Source: an uncultured Desulfobacteraceae bacterium | GTDB lineage: Bacteria; Desulfobacterota; DSM-4660; Desulfatiglandales; HGW-15 | Direction: 5' to 3' | Length of the DNA stretch: 64,000 bases | Assembly: GCA_964526655.1 (NCBI GenBank) | Contig: CAZGIZ010000003.1 | Span: forward strand, 851 to 64,850 | Shown here: in pieces, positions 27,337 through 37,085 of the stretch | How the letters are laid out: each line of letters opens with the position of its first letter | Position numbering within the stretch: position 1 is the first letter of the stretch | Made by a program: the position numbers and the translations under genes | The notes under the pieces: generated by a model | Told to the model about the DNA's origin: nothing | Seen by the model: only the letters and a program-made list of their open reading frames with translations | The model's database searches: none

Positions 27337-29193
27337 ATGGAACTATTTATTCAAACGGCCACGAATGTCCTTATTCTCGCATCCGTTTATATCCTGGTAT
27401 CGCTGGGTTTTGCATTTCTTTTTAACATGTCAGGCATCCTCAACCTGGCCCACGGCGCCATTTACATGGTCGGCGGGTATCTCGGCTATTTCTTCATTAT
27501 GAACGCCGGGTTAAACAACTGGGTAGCCCTGCTGTTATCCACCCTCATTGTCGCTGCTTTGGGTGTCTTATTGGAAAAATTCTGTTTTCGCCCCTTTGTC
27601 GGCGATCTCAACAGCATAGTGATGGTGTGCGTGGCAATCACGGTCATCCTAACCACCACGGTAAACATCCTGATCGGCACCAAGGTCATGGCCTTGCCCA
27701 CCTTCATGGAAGGCGCCGTGAGCATGGGTCCGGTCTCCCTGAATAACGACAGGATCGTAACCTTCATCATAGGAGCCGCCATCCTGCTTTTGACGGCCCT
27801 GTTCGTTAATTACACCAAGTGGGGCCTGCAGATGCAGGCCGTTACCCAGAATCGCGGGGCGGCCTCGTTGCAGGGCATCAGCATCGGCCGTATTTCAGCG
27901 GTCGCCTGTGCCCTGGGCTTCGGGCTGGCTGCCGTGGCCGGTTGTCTGATGGGCGCCCTGTATAACCTGAGTCCTTTTATGGGAAACCTGACCCTGGTGA
28001 AGGTCTTAATGGTGGTGATTCTGGCCGGGGTAGGCAGTTTTCAGGGAATCTTTATTGTGGGACTGATTCTCGGGTGCCTCTACGGGGCATTGCCCGTGCT
28101 TCTGCCGGGAGCTGCCAGCGATGCCATTGCCGTGACGATCTTCATCATTATTCTGCTGATCAAACCCCAGGGTTTTTTCGGCCGTGAGGCCGAGATCGTG
28201 ACGGACACCTCCATGTCCGCCGCTTCGGAGCCCATCCAGTTTTTTTCCAGGCACAAATGGTTAAAACCCGCGGGAATCTCCTGCCTGTTGGCGTTCATGG
28301 CGGTTTTGCCCCTTTTCAGCTCCCCCTATACCCAGCATATCCTAAGCCTGACCTTCATTTATATCGTGGCCTCCGTGAGCCTGCGCACCATATCTTTCTC
28401 AGGCCAGTTTCCCCTGGCCCACGGGGCCTTCATGGGGATCGGGGCCTATCTTTCGGGAATGGCAGCCAAATGGCTGGGCCTGTCCCCCTGGGTAACCGTC
28501 CCCCTGGCTGCCCTGGCTACGGCCGGCCTGGGAATACTTTTTGGATATCCCTTTGCAAGACTCCGGGCACTCTACTATGCCATGGGAAGCCTTTTCCTGG
28601 GTGTGGGATTGATGCAAATAATGTCGGCCGGTGGCATGTGGACCGGCGGATACAGCGGCCTGACGGGTATCCGGCCTATTTTTATGGGTTCGCGTACCAC
28701 CTATTACTATTTTTTCCTGGCCCTGAGCCTGGTCAGCGTGGTGGCCCTTTACCGGTTCGAATTCAGTCGCATTGGCAAGGTCATCAAGGCTGTTGCCCAG
28801 TCTCATCTGGTCGCCTCCAGCGTGGGCATAAATGAAGGAGGGTACCGGATCCTGGCCGTGGGGGTGGGATCTTTTTTCGTGGGGCTGATAGGTGCCGCCT
28901 ATGCCCACTACAACCTGGTGCTGTCTCCCACCTCCTTTGATCTTTCGGCAACCCTGTGGCTGGTCATGTACGTGCTCATCGGCGGTATCAACAGCTTTGC
29001 CGGTCCAATCGTGGGAACTGCCATCCTGGTCTTGATCCCGGAATTTTTCCGCGATCTGAAGACCTATTCCCCGTTTATCTCGGCCATTATTTTATTACTG
29101 GTTGTCTATCTGCTTCCCCAGGGGCTGGTGAGCCTGCCCAGGCTGGTGGCTTCGTGGATCGTGCGCGTAAGGAAAGGAGATGTGGTTGCCTGA
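27337..29193 (+). CDS. fused LivH-LivM-type branched-chain/aromatic-acid ABC permease
   Basis: 618 aa. The first ~290 aa are LivH-like and the remainder is LivM-like. Both halves are polytopic and joined by a short polar linker (EIVTDTSMSAASEPIQFFSRHKW). Confidence 0.8.
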   Translation: MELFIQTATNVLILASVYILVSLGFAFLFNMSGILNLAHGAIYMVGGYLGYFFIMNAGLNNWVALLLSTLIVAALGVLLEKFCFRPFVGDLNSIVMVCVAITVILTTTVNILIGTKVMALPTFMEGAVSMGPVSLNNDRIVTFIIGAAILLLTALFVNYTKWGLQMQAVTQNRGAASLQGISIGRISAVACALGFGLAAVAGCLMGALYNLSPFMGNLTLVKVLMVVILAGVGSFQGIFIVGLILGCLYGALPVLLPGAASDAIAVTIFIIILLIKPQGFFGREAEIVTDTSMSAASEPIQFFSRHKWLKPAGISCLLAFMAVLPLFSSPYTQHILSLTFIYIVASVSLRTISFSGQFPLAHGAFMGIGAYLSGMAAKWLGLSPWVTVPLAALATAGLGILFGYPFARLRALYYAMGSLFLGVGLMQIMSAGGMWTGGYSGLTGIRPIFMGSRTTYYYFFLALSLVSVVALYRFEFSRIGKVIKAVAQSHLVASSVGINEGGYRILAVGVGSFFVGLIGAAYAHYNLVLSPTSFDLSATLWLVMYVLIGGINSFAGPIVGTAILVLIPEFFRDLKTYSPFISAIILLLVVYLLPQGLVSLPRLVASWIVRVRKGDVVA

Positions 29194-29953
29194 GTTCTTT
29201 CAAATGGAACATCTCAGCAAGCGGTTCGGCGGCCTGGAAGCCGTGTCGGATTTCAGCATGCACGTTAAAAAGGGGGAGCTTGTGGGCCTGATCGGTCCCA
29301 ACGGGGCGGGAAAGTCCACCGTTTTTAATCTTATCACGGGCATCTTCCCCCCAAGCAGTGGCCGTGTGGTCTTCGAGGATAAAGACATTACCGGCCTGAG
29401 GCCCGACAAGATCGCGGCTCTGGGGATAGGCCGTACCTTTCAGCTCAACCCGCTCTTTGCGGATTACAGCGTGCTGGAAAACGTTTCGTCTTCCTTTCAC
29501 TTGAGCCAGAAGGCCAATCTATTCAAGATGTATTTTAATACAGCCTCCCATCGCCGGGATGAGGAGCATATATTCGAGATGTCCCTTGAGATACTCAAGT
29601 TTCTTGGACTCCAGGCCGTAAAAGATGAACCGGCCCGCAACCTGCCCCACGGATATCAAAAAATGCTGGGGATGGCGCGCGCCCTGGCGACCCGTCCCCG
29701 CCTGCTGCTGCTCGATGAACCCTTGGGCGGCATGAATCCCGCTGAAATCGAGTTTGCACTGGATGCGATCAAGAAAACCCAGGAGCAGGGTATGACCATT
29801 TTGATGGTGGAACACAACATGCAGATCCTTGATTTATGCGATCGGGTTGTGGTGATCAGCTTCGGGCAAAAGATATGCCATGGCCTGCCCGGGGAGGTCA
29901 GGGAAAATCCGGAAGTGATTCAGGCCTATTTCGGAGGGGGCAGCCGTGCTTGA
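29180..29953 (+). CDS. ABC transporter ATP-binding protein (LivG-like)
   Basis: Walker A GPNGAGKST, signature LPHGYQKML, Walker B LLLLDEP. Confidence 0.85.
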   Translation: MWLPEFFQMEHLSKRFGGLEAVSDFSMHVKKGELVGLIGPNGAGKSTVFNLITGIFPPSSGRVVFEDKDITGLRPDKIAALGIGRTFQLNPLFADYSVLENVSSSFHLSQKANLFKMYFNTASHRRDEEHIFEMSLEILKFLGLQAVKDEPARNLPHGYQKMLGMARALATRPRLLLLDEPLGGMNPAEIEFALDAIKKTQEQGMTILMVEHNMQILDLCDRVVVISFGQKICHGLPGEVRENPEVIQAYFGGGSRA

Positions 29954-30650
29954 GATGAACCATGTATCCGTTTACTACGGCAAATCCATGGCACTCCAGG
30001 ATGTTTCCCTGAAGGTAGACCAGGGAGACGCCGTGAGCATTATCGGGGCAAACGGAGCCGGGAAAAGCACGGTGTTGAAGGCCCTGTTCGGAATAACTCC
30101 CTTAAGAGCTGGGGAGATCAGGTTTATGGGGAAACGGCTGGACGGTAAAAAAACGGCCGACATTGTCAGGATGGGCATAAGCCTCTCGCCCGAGGCGCGC
30201 CAGCTTTTCCCCTATATAAGCGTCTATAAAAACCTCAAGCTTGGCGCCACCTTGCGCAAGGACAAGGGGGAAATAAAAAAAGACTACGAAGAGGTATACC
30301 GTCTGTTTCCTGTATTGAGCCGGCGGAAGAATCAATTGGCAGGAACGCTCAGCGGGGGTGAACAACAGATGCTGGCCATTGCAAGGGCCCTTATGGCAAG
30401 GCCCAGACTGCTTTGCATGGACGAACCGTCTCTGGGTCTCGCACCGGTGGTGATCGAGGAGCTGGGCGAGGTGATCATGAATATCAATGCAAAGGGCATG
30501 AGCGTGCTCCTGGTGGAACAGAACGTTCACCTTGCCCTGGAGATAGCCTCGCACGGGTATGCCCTGCAGGTGGGGCGGGTGGTGCTGGCCGGTGATATAG
30601 AAGAAATCAGGACCAGTGATGTCATAAAAAGGGCCTATTTGGGAGGTTGA
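29946..30650 (+). CDS. ABC transporter ATP-binding protein (LivF-like)
   Basis: Walker A GANGAGKST, signature LSGGEQQML, Walker B LLCMDEPS. Confidence 0.85.
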   Translation: MLEMNHVSVYYGKSMALQDVSLKVDQGDAVSIIGANGAGKSTVLKALFGITPLRAGEIRFMGKRLDGKKTADIVRMGISLSPEARQLFPYISVYKNLKLGATLRKDKGEIKKDYEEVYRLFPVLSRRKNQLAGTLSGGEQQMLAIARALMARPRLLCMDEPSLGLAPVVIEELGEVIMNINAKGMSVLLVEQNVHLALEIASHGYALQVGRVVLAGDIEEIRTSDVIKRAYLGG

Positions 30651-30816
30651 TAGAGTCCTGTCGTATTTTGAATGATTAGGGTCCGGATAATTTTCCAGGA
30701 CCGAAGGCAACGGCGCTCCCTGGATCCCGGCTTGACGGGGAGATGACATCTCGCTGGTGCCCAGGGGTGGAGATCAACTGTTGACAGACATTATAAACAT
30801 ATAATAATATAATAAT

Positions 30817-31581
30817 ATGAATAAAATGAGACTCAATAAAAGGGATATCCCCCTCTATGTCCAGCTTGAACAGATCCTCAAATCCCAAATCATGACGGGA
30901 GAGCTTCTACCTGAAAAACGGATACCCACGGAAAAAGAACTGGCCAAAATCTACCATGTCAGCAGTATTACCGCGCGACAGGCAATCATGAGGCTTGTTC
31001 AGGAAGGGCTTCTGCTTCGTAAACAGGGCAAAGGCACCTTCGTCAGAAAAGGGCTCAAGAATACAAAAAATATCATGACCTTTAACGTGGCGGGCGACAT
31101 CAAGGACGTGGTTCCGGAGGGCTTGATATCACAACAGGTGACTGTCTTGGGGATTGAAACAGTGAAGAGTTCCAGGCTCGTGGCCGAGGCCCTGGAAATG
31201 GCTGAGCAGGAGGACGTAAGCCGTATTACGAGGACAAGGGCCGATAATAACGTCGTCATTTCCTATATAAAAAATTACTTGCCGGTGGATATAGGTAAGA
31301 AGATTACCAAGGAAGACCTGTTAGCCAAACCCATGCTCCATGTACTGAAAAATAAGCTGAAACTGTCTTTAAAAAAAGGCATTCAGTATGTTGTGGCGGT
31401 TACTGCTGATTATGAGATAGCCTCTGCCCTTTCCATCAGCATTTCATCGCCTGTTTTATATTTGGAGACTATTATTTATGATATGAATGACAGGCCAGTT
31501 GATTTCGTGCAGACATTTTACCGGTCTGACCTTTTTAGATATACGCTCAAAATTGATATGAAAGAGATTATGTCGGCCTGA
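30817..31581 (+). CDS. GntR-family regulator with UTRA effector domain (HutC subfamily-like)
   Basis: N-terminal wHTH (PLYVQLEQILKSQIMTGELLPEKRIPTEKELAKIYHVSSITARQAIMRLVQEGLLLRKQGKGTFV) followed by a ~150-aa C-terminal domain. Confidence 0.8.
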   Translation: MNKMRLNKRDIPLYVQLEQILKSQIMTGELLPEKRIPTEKELAKIYHVSSITARQAIMRLVQEGLLLRKQGKGTFVRKGLKNTKNIMTFNVAGDIKDVVPEGLISQQVTVLGIETVKSSRLVAEALEMAEQEDVSRITRTRADNNVVISYIKNYLPVDIGKKITKEDLLAKPMLHVLKNKLKLSLKKGIQYVVAVTADYEIASALSISISSPVLYLETIIYDMNDRPVDFVQTFYRSDLFRYTLKIDMKEIMSA

Positions 31582-31633
31582 TGATCCGGATTTGTCTACC
31601 TAACGATTACACAAAATATAGAGGAAACAAGAT

Positions 31634-33025
31634 ATGCAGAAAAAACAATCATCCACATTAGCCCAATTTCTGGCAGATTTTTTGGTCGAGTGCAAGTACG
31701 AAGATATCCCCGCTGATACGGTCCAAAAGGTAAAACATTATGTTATCGATGTGATGGGGTGTATGGTGGGAGCATCCCGCGAGAAACAGGCAGAGATTAT
31801 AAAAGCAGTGCTGACTGAAGAGGGGGGCAATCCCCATAGCTCGGTTTTTGCCGGCGGATACAAGACCTCTGTTATGAACGCTGCCCTCATCAATGGTGCC
31901 CAGGGGCATATGTTTGATTTTGATGACGATCACCGGGAAGGAACCATGCATCCTTCCGTAGCCGTGTTCCCGGCTGTCTTTGCATTGGGTGAAAAGTTAG
32001 GGGTCAACGGAAAGGAATTGGTCAGGGCCTTTATCCTTGGGTTGGAGGTGATGATACGGCTGGGAGAGTCATTTCTTGGGAAATCTTACTACCAGGGGTT
32101 TCATCCCACGGGCACCTGTGGCGTTTTTGGGGCCGCGGCCGGCTGCGCCATCCTGTTGGGGCTTGATAATATCCAAACCAAATACGCCCTGGGCCTGGCC
32201 GGCAGTTTCGCAGCCGGAAGCATTGAATGTACGGGTGAAGGTGCCTGGGCCAAGCCATTGCAGGCAGGTCATCCGGCCATGGGCGGGGTACTGGCGGCCT
32301 CCCTGGCCGCAAAAAACTATATCGGTCCCGGAACCATTCTGGACGGTGCCGATGGTGGGCTGATCCGCGCCTTTTCCTTTAAGGATCAATACGATTATGG
32401 CCGTATTACTGACAACATCGGAAAAAAATGGGAGATGATGGATACCAGCATCAAGGTTCATGCCTGCTGCCGTTTTTCAGCACCCGTGGCCGATTGCGCC
32501 ATAGATCTGTATCGACAGGGTGTGCGCGCAAAAGAGGTCAAGGATATCCTGGCAAAGGCAGGTGATTTTACTATCAAAACCCTTTGCAATCCACCGGAGC
32601 GAAAACTGAGGCCCCAAACCCATGTGGATGCCCAGTTCAGCCTGCCCTATGCCATTGCCGTGGCCATTTGCAAGAATAGAACCGGTATTGACGAGTTTAA
32701 AACTGATGTCCTGGGTGATCCGGAGGTCTTGGCGTTGATCGATAAGGTACGCTGGGAGGTCGATCCTGAGGCGGAGGCGATGTATCCCAAGGCCTATCCG
32801 GCCACTGTGATTGCCACCCTGAATGACGGCCGTGTCTTTGAATCCCACGTGGATTATCCAAAGGGTGATCCTGAAAACCCTGCTACCTTAGGGGAAATAA
32901 TAGACAAATTTCATTTGCTGACGAAGAAATACATGGAAGAAGAAAAACGCGACCAGATCATCGCAATGATTGAAGGACTTGAGGAAGTTGATAACATCTC
33001 CGGCCTTGCAGACCTGCTGCGATAA
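31634..33025 (+). CDS. MmgE/PrpD-family protein (2-methylcitrate dehydratase superfamily), copy 1
   Basis: 463 aa with the typical PrpD-family pattern (DVMGCMVGAS, GAQGHMFDFDD.H, HPSVAVFPAV, FHPTGTCGVFGAAA, KVHACCRFSAP, YPKGDPENP). Confidence 0.8.
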   Translation: MQKKQSSTLAQFLADFLVECKYEDIPADTVQKVKHYVIDVMGCMVGASREKQAEIIKAVLTEEGGNPHSSVFAGGYKTSVMNAALINGAQGHMFDFDDDHREGTMHPSVAVFPAVFALGEKLGVNGKELVRAFILGLEVMIRLGESFLGKSYYQGFHPTGTCGVFGAAAGCAILLGLDNIQTKYALGLAGSFAAGSIECTGEGAWAKPLQAGHPAMGGVLAASLAAKNYIGPGTILDGADGGLIRAFSFKDQYDYGRITDNIGKKWEMMDTSIKVHACCRFSAPVADCAIDLYRQGVRAKEVKDILAKAGDFTIKTLCNPPERKLRPQTHVDAQFSLPYAIAVAICKNRTGIDEFKTDVLGDPEVLALIDKVRWEVDPEAEAMYPKAYPATVIATLNDGRVFESHVDYPKGDPENPATLGEIIDKFHLLTKKYMEEEKRDQIIAMIEGLEEVDNISGLADLLR

Positions 33026-33034
33026 TAGATGATG

Positions 33035-33270
33035 GGGGAAATGCTATGAATCGATCCCTTCACCGAAAAAACCATCGGGACAGGGGGAAAACATCAAATT
33101 CCTTTATCAGAATTCCCCTCCCTCCGGGGCGTAGGTCCTCAGGGCCGGAGGCTCAGGAATTCTGATAAAATTTATTTCTTTGTGTTCTCTGCGACTCCCT
33201 GGCACGCCATCTTGTCTCGTCGAAGCCTTGGCGAAGGCGGAAGCCCTTGGGCGACGGCGGCTGCGGTGAA
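33035..33270. repeat. partial, rearranged copy of the triple-hairpin MITE-like element seen at 43034-43209
   Basis: It shares GGGGGAAA..CTATGAATCGATCCCTTC, the 14-bp stem TTTATCAGAATTCC (33103-33116) / GGAATTCTGATAAA (33156-33169), and a TGTGTTCTCTGCG...GCTGCGGTGAAA outer-arm remnant. Confidence 0.6.
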
Positions 33271-33308
33271 ATCGTTTTTGGATATTAGTGAGAAAGGACG
33301 GTCTTTTA

Positions 33309-34469
33309 ATGATAAAGGGATATCGAAAAATTTACTGTGTCATCCAGCGGGCCGGTACCAGCAAGGGAGTCTATCTCCACGAGAAGGATCTGCCCATGGA
33401 CCCGGACGCGCGGCAGAAAATCATCCTGGCAATCTTCGGCAGTCCTGACATACGGCAGATTGACGGCCTGGGGGGGGCGGACCCTTTGACGAGCAAATGT
33501 GCCATTATCGGGCCTTCGGAGAGACCGGACGCGGATGTCAATTACACCATGGCACAGGTAGGCATAGTGGATGCCCTGATCGATTTCGGGGGAAACTGCG
33601 GGAACATATCCTCAGGTGTCGGCCCCTTTGCCATCGACGAAGGTCTGGTTAAGGTCCAGGAACCGGAGACACTGGTGCGCATATACAACACCAACACAAA
33701 AAAGATCCTCAAGGCCTATGTGGCCACTGAGAATGGAAAATCCGTATACACGGGTGATTATTCCATAGACGGTGTCCCCGGAACGGGTAGCAAGATCCTG
33801 CTCGATTATTCCGGGACCGGAGGGACCTTGACAGGAAATATTTTACCCACAGGGAACCCCGTGGATATGGTGGCCGTGCCAGGGATGGGAGAAATTGAGA
33901 TTTCAATTGTGGATGCGGGTAATCCCACGTGTTTCCTGAGTCCCGAGGTCCTCGGCTTTTCAGGGATTGAGGGTCCCCAGGATCCGAAGATCATCAGCTC
34001 CCTTGACCGTATCGAGCTGATCCGGGGAACCGTTTCAAAGATGCTCGGGCTGGCCGAAGAGGCTGAAAAGGCCAGGATACAGAGCCCGACCCGTCCAATG
34101 ATCGCCTTTGTATCGCCGCCGGCAGAATATACAAGCTATACGGACGGGGCGCGGATCGGCATCCATGAGATCGACTTTGTTTCACGCCTCTTTTTCATGC
34201 AGACCATGCATAAGACCTATGCCGGCACGGGCACCGTATGCACGGGTGCGGCTGCCATGATCGAAGGCACAATCGTCAACAGGGTATGTTCGGCAAGGGC
34301 CGGAAAGGACAGGGTGGTCAGGATAGGCCATCCGAGCGGAATAATATCCATAGAGGTAGAAGTCGAGAACAGGCCTGGCGGCCCGGAACTGCGCCTGGCG
34401 GCCTTCGGACGCACTTCGCGAAGGATCATGGAAGGATATGTCTACGTGCCGGAGAGTGTTTTTGAATAG
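33309..34469 (+). CDS. PrpF-family isomerase (3-methylitaconate isomerase / aconitate isomerase / oxalomesaconate tautomerase family)
   Basis: Carries RAGTSKGVYL, GGADPLTSKCAIIG and the GGNCGN motif. ATG 33309 has the RBS AAAGGA upstream; the ORF track start at 33288 lies next to the repeat. Confidence 0.8.
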   Translation: MIKGYRKIYCVIQRAGTSKGVYLHEKDLPMDPDARQKIILAIFGSPDIRQIDGLGGADPLTSKCAIIGPSERPDADVNYTMAQVGIVDALIDFGGNCGNISSGVGPFAIDEGLVKVQEPETLVRIYNTNTKKILKAYVATENGKSVYTGDYSIDGVPGTGSKILLDYSGTGGTLTGNILPTGNPVDMVAVPGMGEIEISIVDAGNPTCFLSPEVLGFSGIEGPQDPKIISSLDRIELIRGTVSKMLGLAEEAEKARIQSPTRPMIAFVSPPAEYTSYTDGARIGIHEIDFVSRLFFMQTMHKTYAGTGTVCTGAAAMIEGTIVNRVCSARAGKDRVVRIGHPSGIISIEVEVENRPGGPELRLAAFGRTSRRIMEGYVYVPESVFE

Positions 34470-34515
34470 ATTAAAAAGGGGCTGACCCTGTTTGGGAAAT
34501 ATCAAGGGAAGAGAC

Positions 34516-35883
34516 ATGAAGGAAACCATTGATTTTGTAAAGAAGATATCTGCCATCAGGTACGAGGACCTGTCGGACCTGGCAATCGAAATGGCGGAAA
34601 AATGCCTTTTGGACTATATCGGCTGCACATACGCGGGGCTTTCCTATGAATCAAGCAACATCGTGAGGGAGTTTGCTTTGGAGAATTATGCCCCCGGGAA
34701 TTGTACCATAATCGGCTCGGGGCAAAAGCTTGTGCCGGGCGGCGCCTGTTACACAAATGGGACCACGGGCCATGCCGTTGAGCTGGATGACTGTACCAAC
34801 GAGGGGGGGGGGCATCCGGCCGTGACCATAATGCCCGTTGTACTTGCCATGGCCGAAGAGACTGGTGCAAGCGGAAAGGATGTGCTCACGGCAATTGTCG
34901 CGGGATATGAAACCTTCATAAGAATCGGGAAGGCATCCAATTACCAGTCCATGTTCGTGCGGGGCTTTCATCCGACGGCCCTCCTTGGCATGTTCGGCGC
35001 CACAATGGCGGCCGCGCACCTTCTCGATTTGAATATTGAGCAGGCGGCCAATGCCATGGGGATCGTGGGAAGCTATGTTTCCGGGAACCTGGAGTGCTAC
35101 ACGGACGGCAGTTACACAAAGCGGCTGCACGGGGGCACATCCTCATCAGCCGGTGTAACGGCGGCGCTTCTCGCGAAAAAGGGCTACACGGGGCCCAAAA
35201 CCATCCTTGAGGGGCAGAGGGGCTTTTTTCACGCCTATTGCATGGATCCAAGGCTGGAGGAGCTCTTCAAGACCGGACCCCTTGAAATCGAAAGGGTCAG
35301 CTTCAAACCCCATGCCTGCTGCCGCTTCAACCAGGCGGGTATTGACGCGGTGCTGGAGATCTTTGAACAAAACAGCATTGATTGGAAAAAGATCCAATCG
35401 ATTCTGATCGAGCTTTCAGAGACTCCCTACAATATCGTGGGCCAGCCTCAGGAAATCAAGTTCAATCCCAAGAGCGCGGTGGATGGACAGTTCAGCGCGC
35501 CCTACAGCGTGGCTATCGCGTGTATTGAAAACAGGGCATTTCTCGAAGAGTATACGGACGAATCCGTCAAAAGGCCGGATGTGCTGGAGTGTCTTAAAAA
35601 GATTACTGTAAAACACTCAACCGAGCTGGATAGGTTTTTCCCAGAATCTTTCCCAACGAGGATCACAATAACCATGGAAGACGGCAAGAACTTTGTGAGG
35701 GAGGTCCGTTATCCAAAGGGGGACCCTGAAAACCCCCTTTCCTGGGAGGATCTGCTGCAGAAATTTGACCGTTGTATGGTTGGCTCAAGTATGCTGCAGG
35801 AAAATAAAAGGAAGCTGATAGAATATATCAGAAATCTGGAGAATGCCGGGGACATGAAGGATATCACGGCACTGTTGTGTTGA
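34516..35883 (+). CDS. MmgE/PrpD-family protein, copy 2
   Basis: Same family pattern as copy 1 (GTTGHAVELDD, HPAVTIMPVV, FHPTALLGMFGATMAAA, KPHACCRFNQA, YPKGDPENP). The ORF track start at 34492 is a TTG; ATG 34516 is preferred. Confidence 0.8.
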   Translation: MKETIDFVKKISAIRYEDLSDLAIEMAEKCLLDYIGCTYAGLSYESSNIVREFALENYAPGNCTIIGSGQKLVPGGACYTNGTTGHAVELDDCTNEGGGHPAVTIMPVVLAMAEETGASGKDVLTAIVAGYETFIRIGKASNYQSMFVRGFHPTALLGMFGATMAAAHLLDLNIEQAANAMGIVGSYVSGNLECYTDGSYTKRLHGGTSSSAGVTAALLAKKGYTGPKTILEGQRGFFHAYCMDPRLEELFKTGPLEIERVSFKPHACCRFNQAGIDAVLEIFEQNSIDWKKIQSILIELSETPYNIVGQPQEIKFNPKSAVDGQFSAPYSVAIACIENRAFLEEYTDESVKRPDVLECLKKITVKHSTELDRFFPESFPTRITITMEDGKNFVREVRYPKGDPENPLSWEDLLQKFDRCMVGSSMLQENKRKLIEYIRNLENAGDMKDITALLC

Positions 35884-35964
35884 CCTTGGCAGGAATGCCA
35901 TAAGATAATCGATTTTTTCCTTTTATAAAAGTGGGCTATAAATAAATAACGAGGATCCCGACAC

Positions 35965-36861
35965 ATGAAAAAGACAATGGGATTGAGAGAATTGATCCGG
36001 AAACCGGAAATTCTGGTGGCGCCTGGGGCATATGATGCCTTTTCCGCCAAACTTATTGAAGCCGCGGGCTTTGATGCCGTTTACATGAGCGGGTTCGGCA
36101 CGGCGGCGGGTATATTCGGGCTGCCCGATATCGGAATGGTGACCATGACGGAGATGGTTGAAAATGCCAAGAGAATATCCAATTCCGTGGGAATACCGGT
36201 TATCGCCGATGCGGACACGGGCTATGGAAATCATCTAAATGTTATTAGAACCATAGAGGAATATGAAAAGGCGGGCGTAGCGGGCATTCAAATTGAGGAC
36301 CAGATATCTCCCAAGCGATGCGGACACATGGAGGGGCAAAAGATTGTTCCAATACCGGAGATGGTTGCAAAACTGCGTGCCGCGATCGAGGTAAGGAGCA
36401 ATGAGGATACGGTCATCATCGCCCGCACGGACGCTATTTCGGCGAGCGGTTTTGACGAGGCCATTAAGCGAGGGAATATCTATCGGGACGCCGGGGCTGA
36501 CCTCCTCTTTATAGAGGCCCCGAGGACACGGGAGCAGTTGGAAAAGATACCGAAACTGATAAACGGGCCGGTCCTGGTCAATATCGCGCCTAAAACTCCC
36601 TTTATGCATGTCAAGAAGTATGAAGAGTTCGGGTATGCAATGGCTATCTACCCGGCTATTACACTGACAGCCGCTTTCGGGTCGATCAAAGACAAGCTGA
36701 AGGAGCTCAAGGACCACGGCATTACGGAGGATGACGGCCATGGCAACGTGCCCTTTGAAGAATTGATTGAATTCCTGGGCCTTTCGAAATACAGGAACCT
36801 GGAGGCCAAGGTGCTGTCAGACCGAAAGGAGAATAAGCCTGAAGACGAGATTGTCTCATAA
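35965..36861 (+). CDS. isocitrate lyase / PEP mutase superfamily C-C lyase (methylisocitrate- or dimethylmalate-lyase-like)
   Basis: 298 aa with APGAYDAFSAKLIE, ADADTGYGN and the lyase signature PKRCGH. Confidence 0.8.
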   Translation: MKKTMGLRELIRKPEILVAPGAYDAFSAKLIEAAGFDAVYMSGFGTAAGIFGLPDIGMVTMTEMVENAKRISNSVGIPVIADADTGYGNHLNVIRTIEEYEKAGVAGIQIEDQISPKRCGHMEGQKIVPIPEMVAKLRAAIEVRSNEDTVIIARTDAISASGFDEAIKRGNIYRDAGADLLFIEAPRTREQLEKIPKLINGPVLVNIAPKTPFMHVKKYEEFGYAMAIYPAITLTAAFGSIKDKLKELKDHGITEDDGHGNVPFEELIEFLGLSKYRNLEAKVLSDRKENKPEDEIVS

Positions 36862-36903
36862 CGTTATTAATACTCACCCATAATCTGACGTTCTTTGATT
36901 CGT

Positions 36904-36985
36904 GCTATCAGCTATCAGCATTCAGCAATCAGCAAAAGACATGAAAAAAGGTTTGGCTGACCGCTGATCGCTGAATGCTGAAAGC
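36904..36985. repeat. intergenic heptad hairpin: (NNTCAGC)x4, loop, (GCTGANN)x4
   Basis: GC TATCAGC TATCAGC ATTCAGC AATCAGC (36904-36933) faces GCTGACC GCTGATC GCTGAAT GCTGAAA GC (36956-36985). Confidence 0.7.
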
Positions 36986-37085
36986 TCCATTCAGAAATTG
37001 GCTGTTTCTGGATGGAGCCTACTAAGATACCAGGGGAAACCTGAAGTAACTTTAATTCTTTAGAGGAAAAGCAGGAGGACACTAA

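Noticed and set aside
30102-30749. 215-aa ORF antisense to the LivF-like ATPase gene
   Set aside because: It is a shadow ORF of a gene with Walker A/B and signature motifs. It has no independent support.
33182-33448. 88-aa ORF spanning the gap before the PrpF-like gene
   Set aside because: It translates the repeat element (33035-33270) and then runs out of frame into the PrpF-like gene. It has no RBS.
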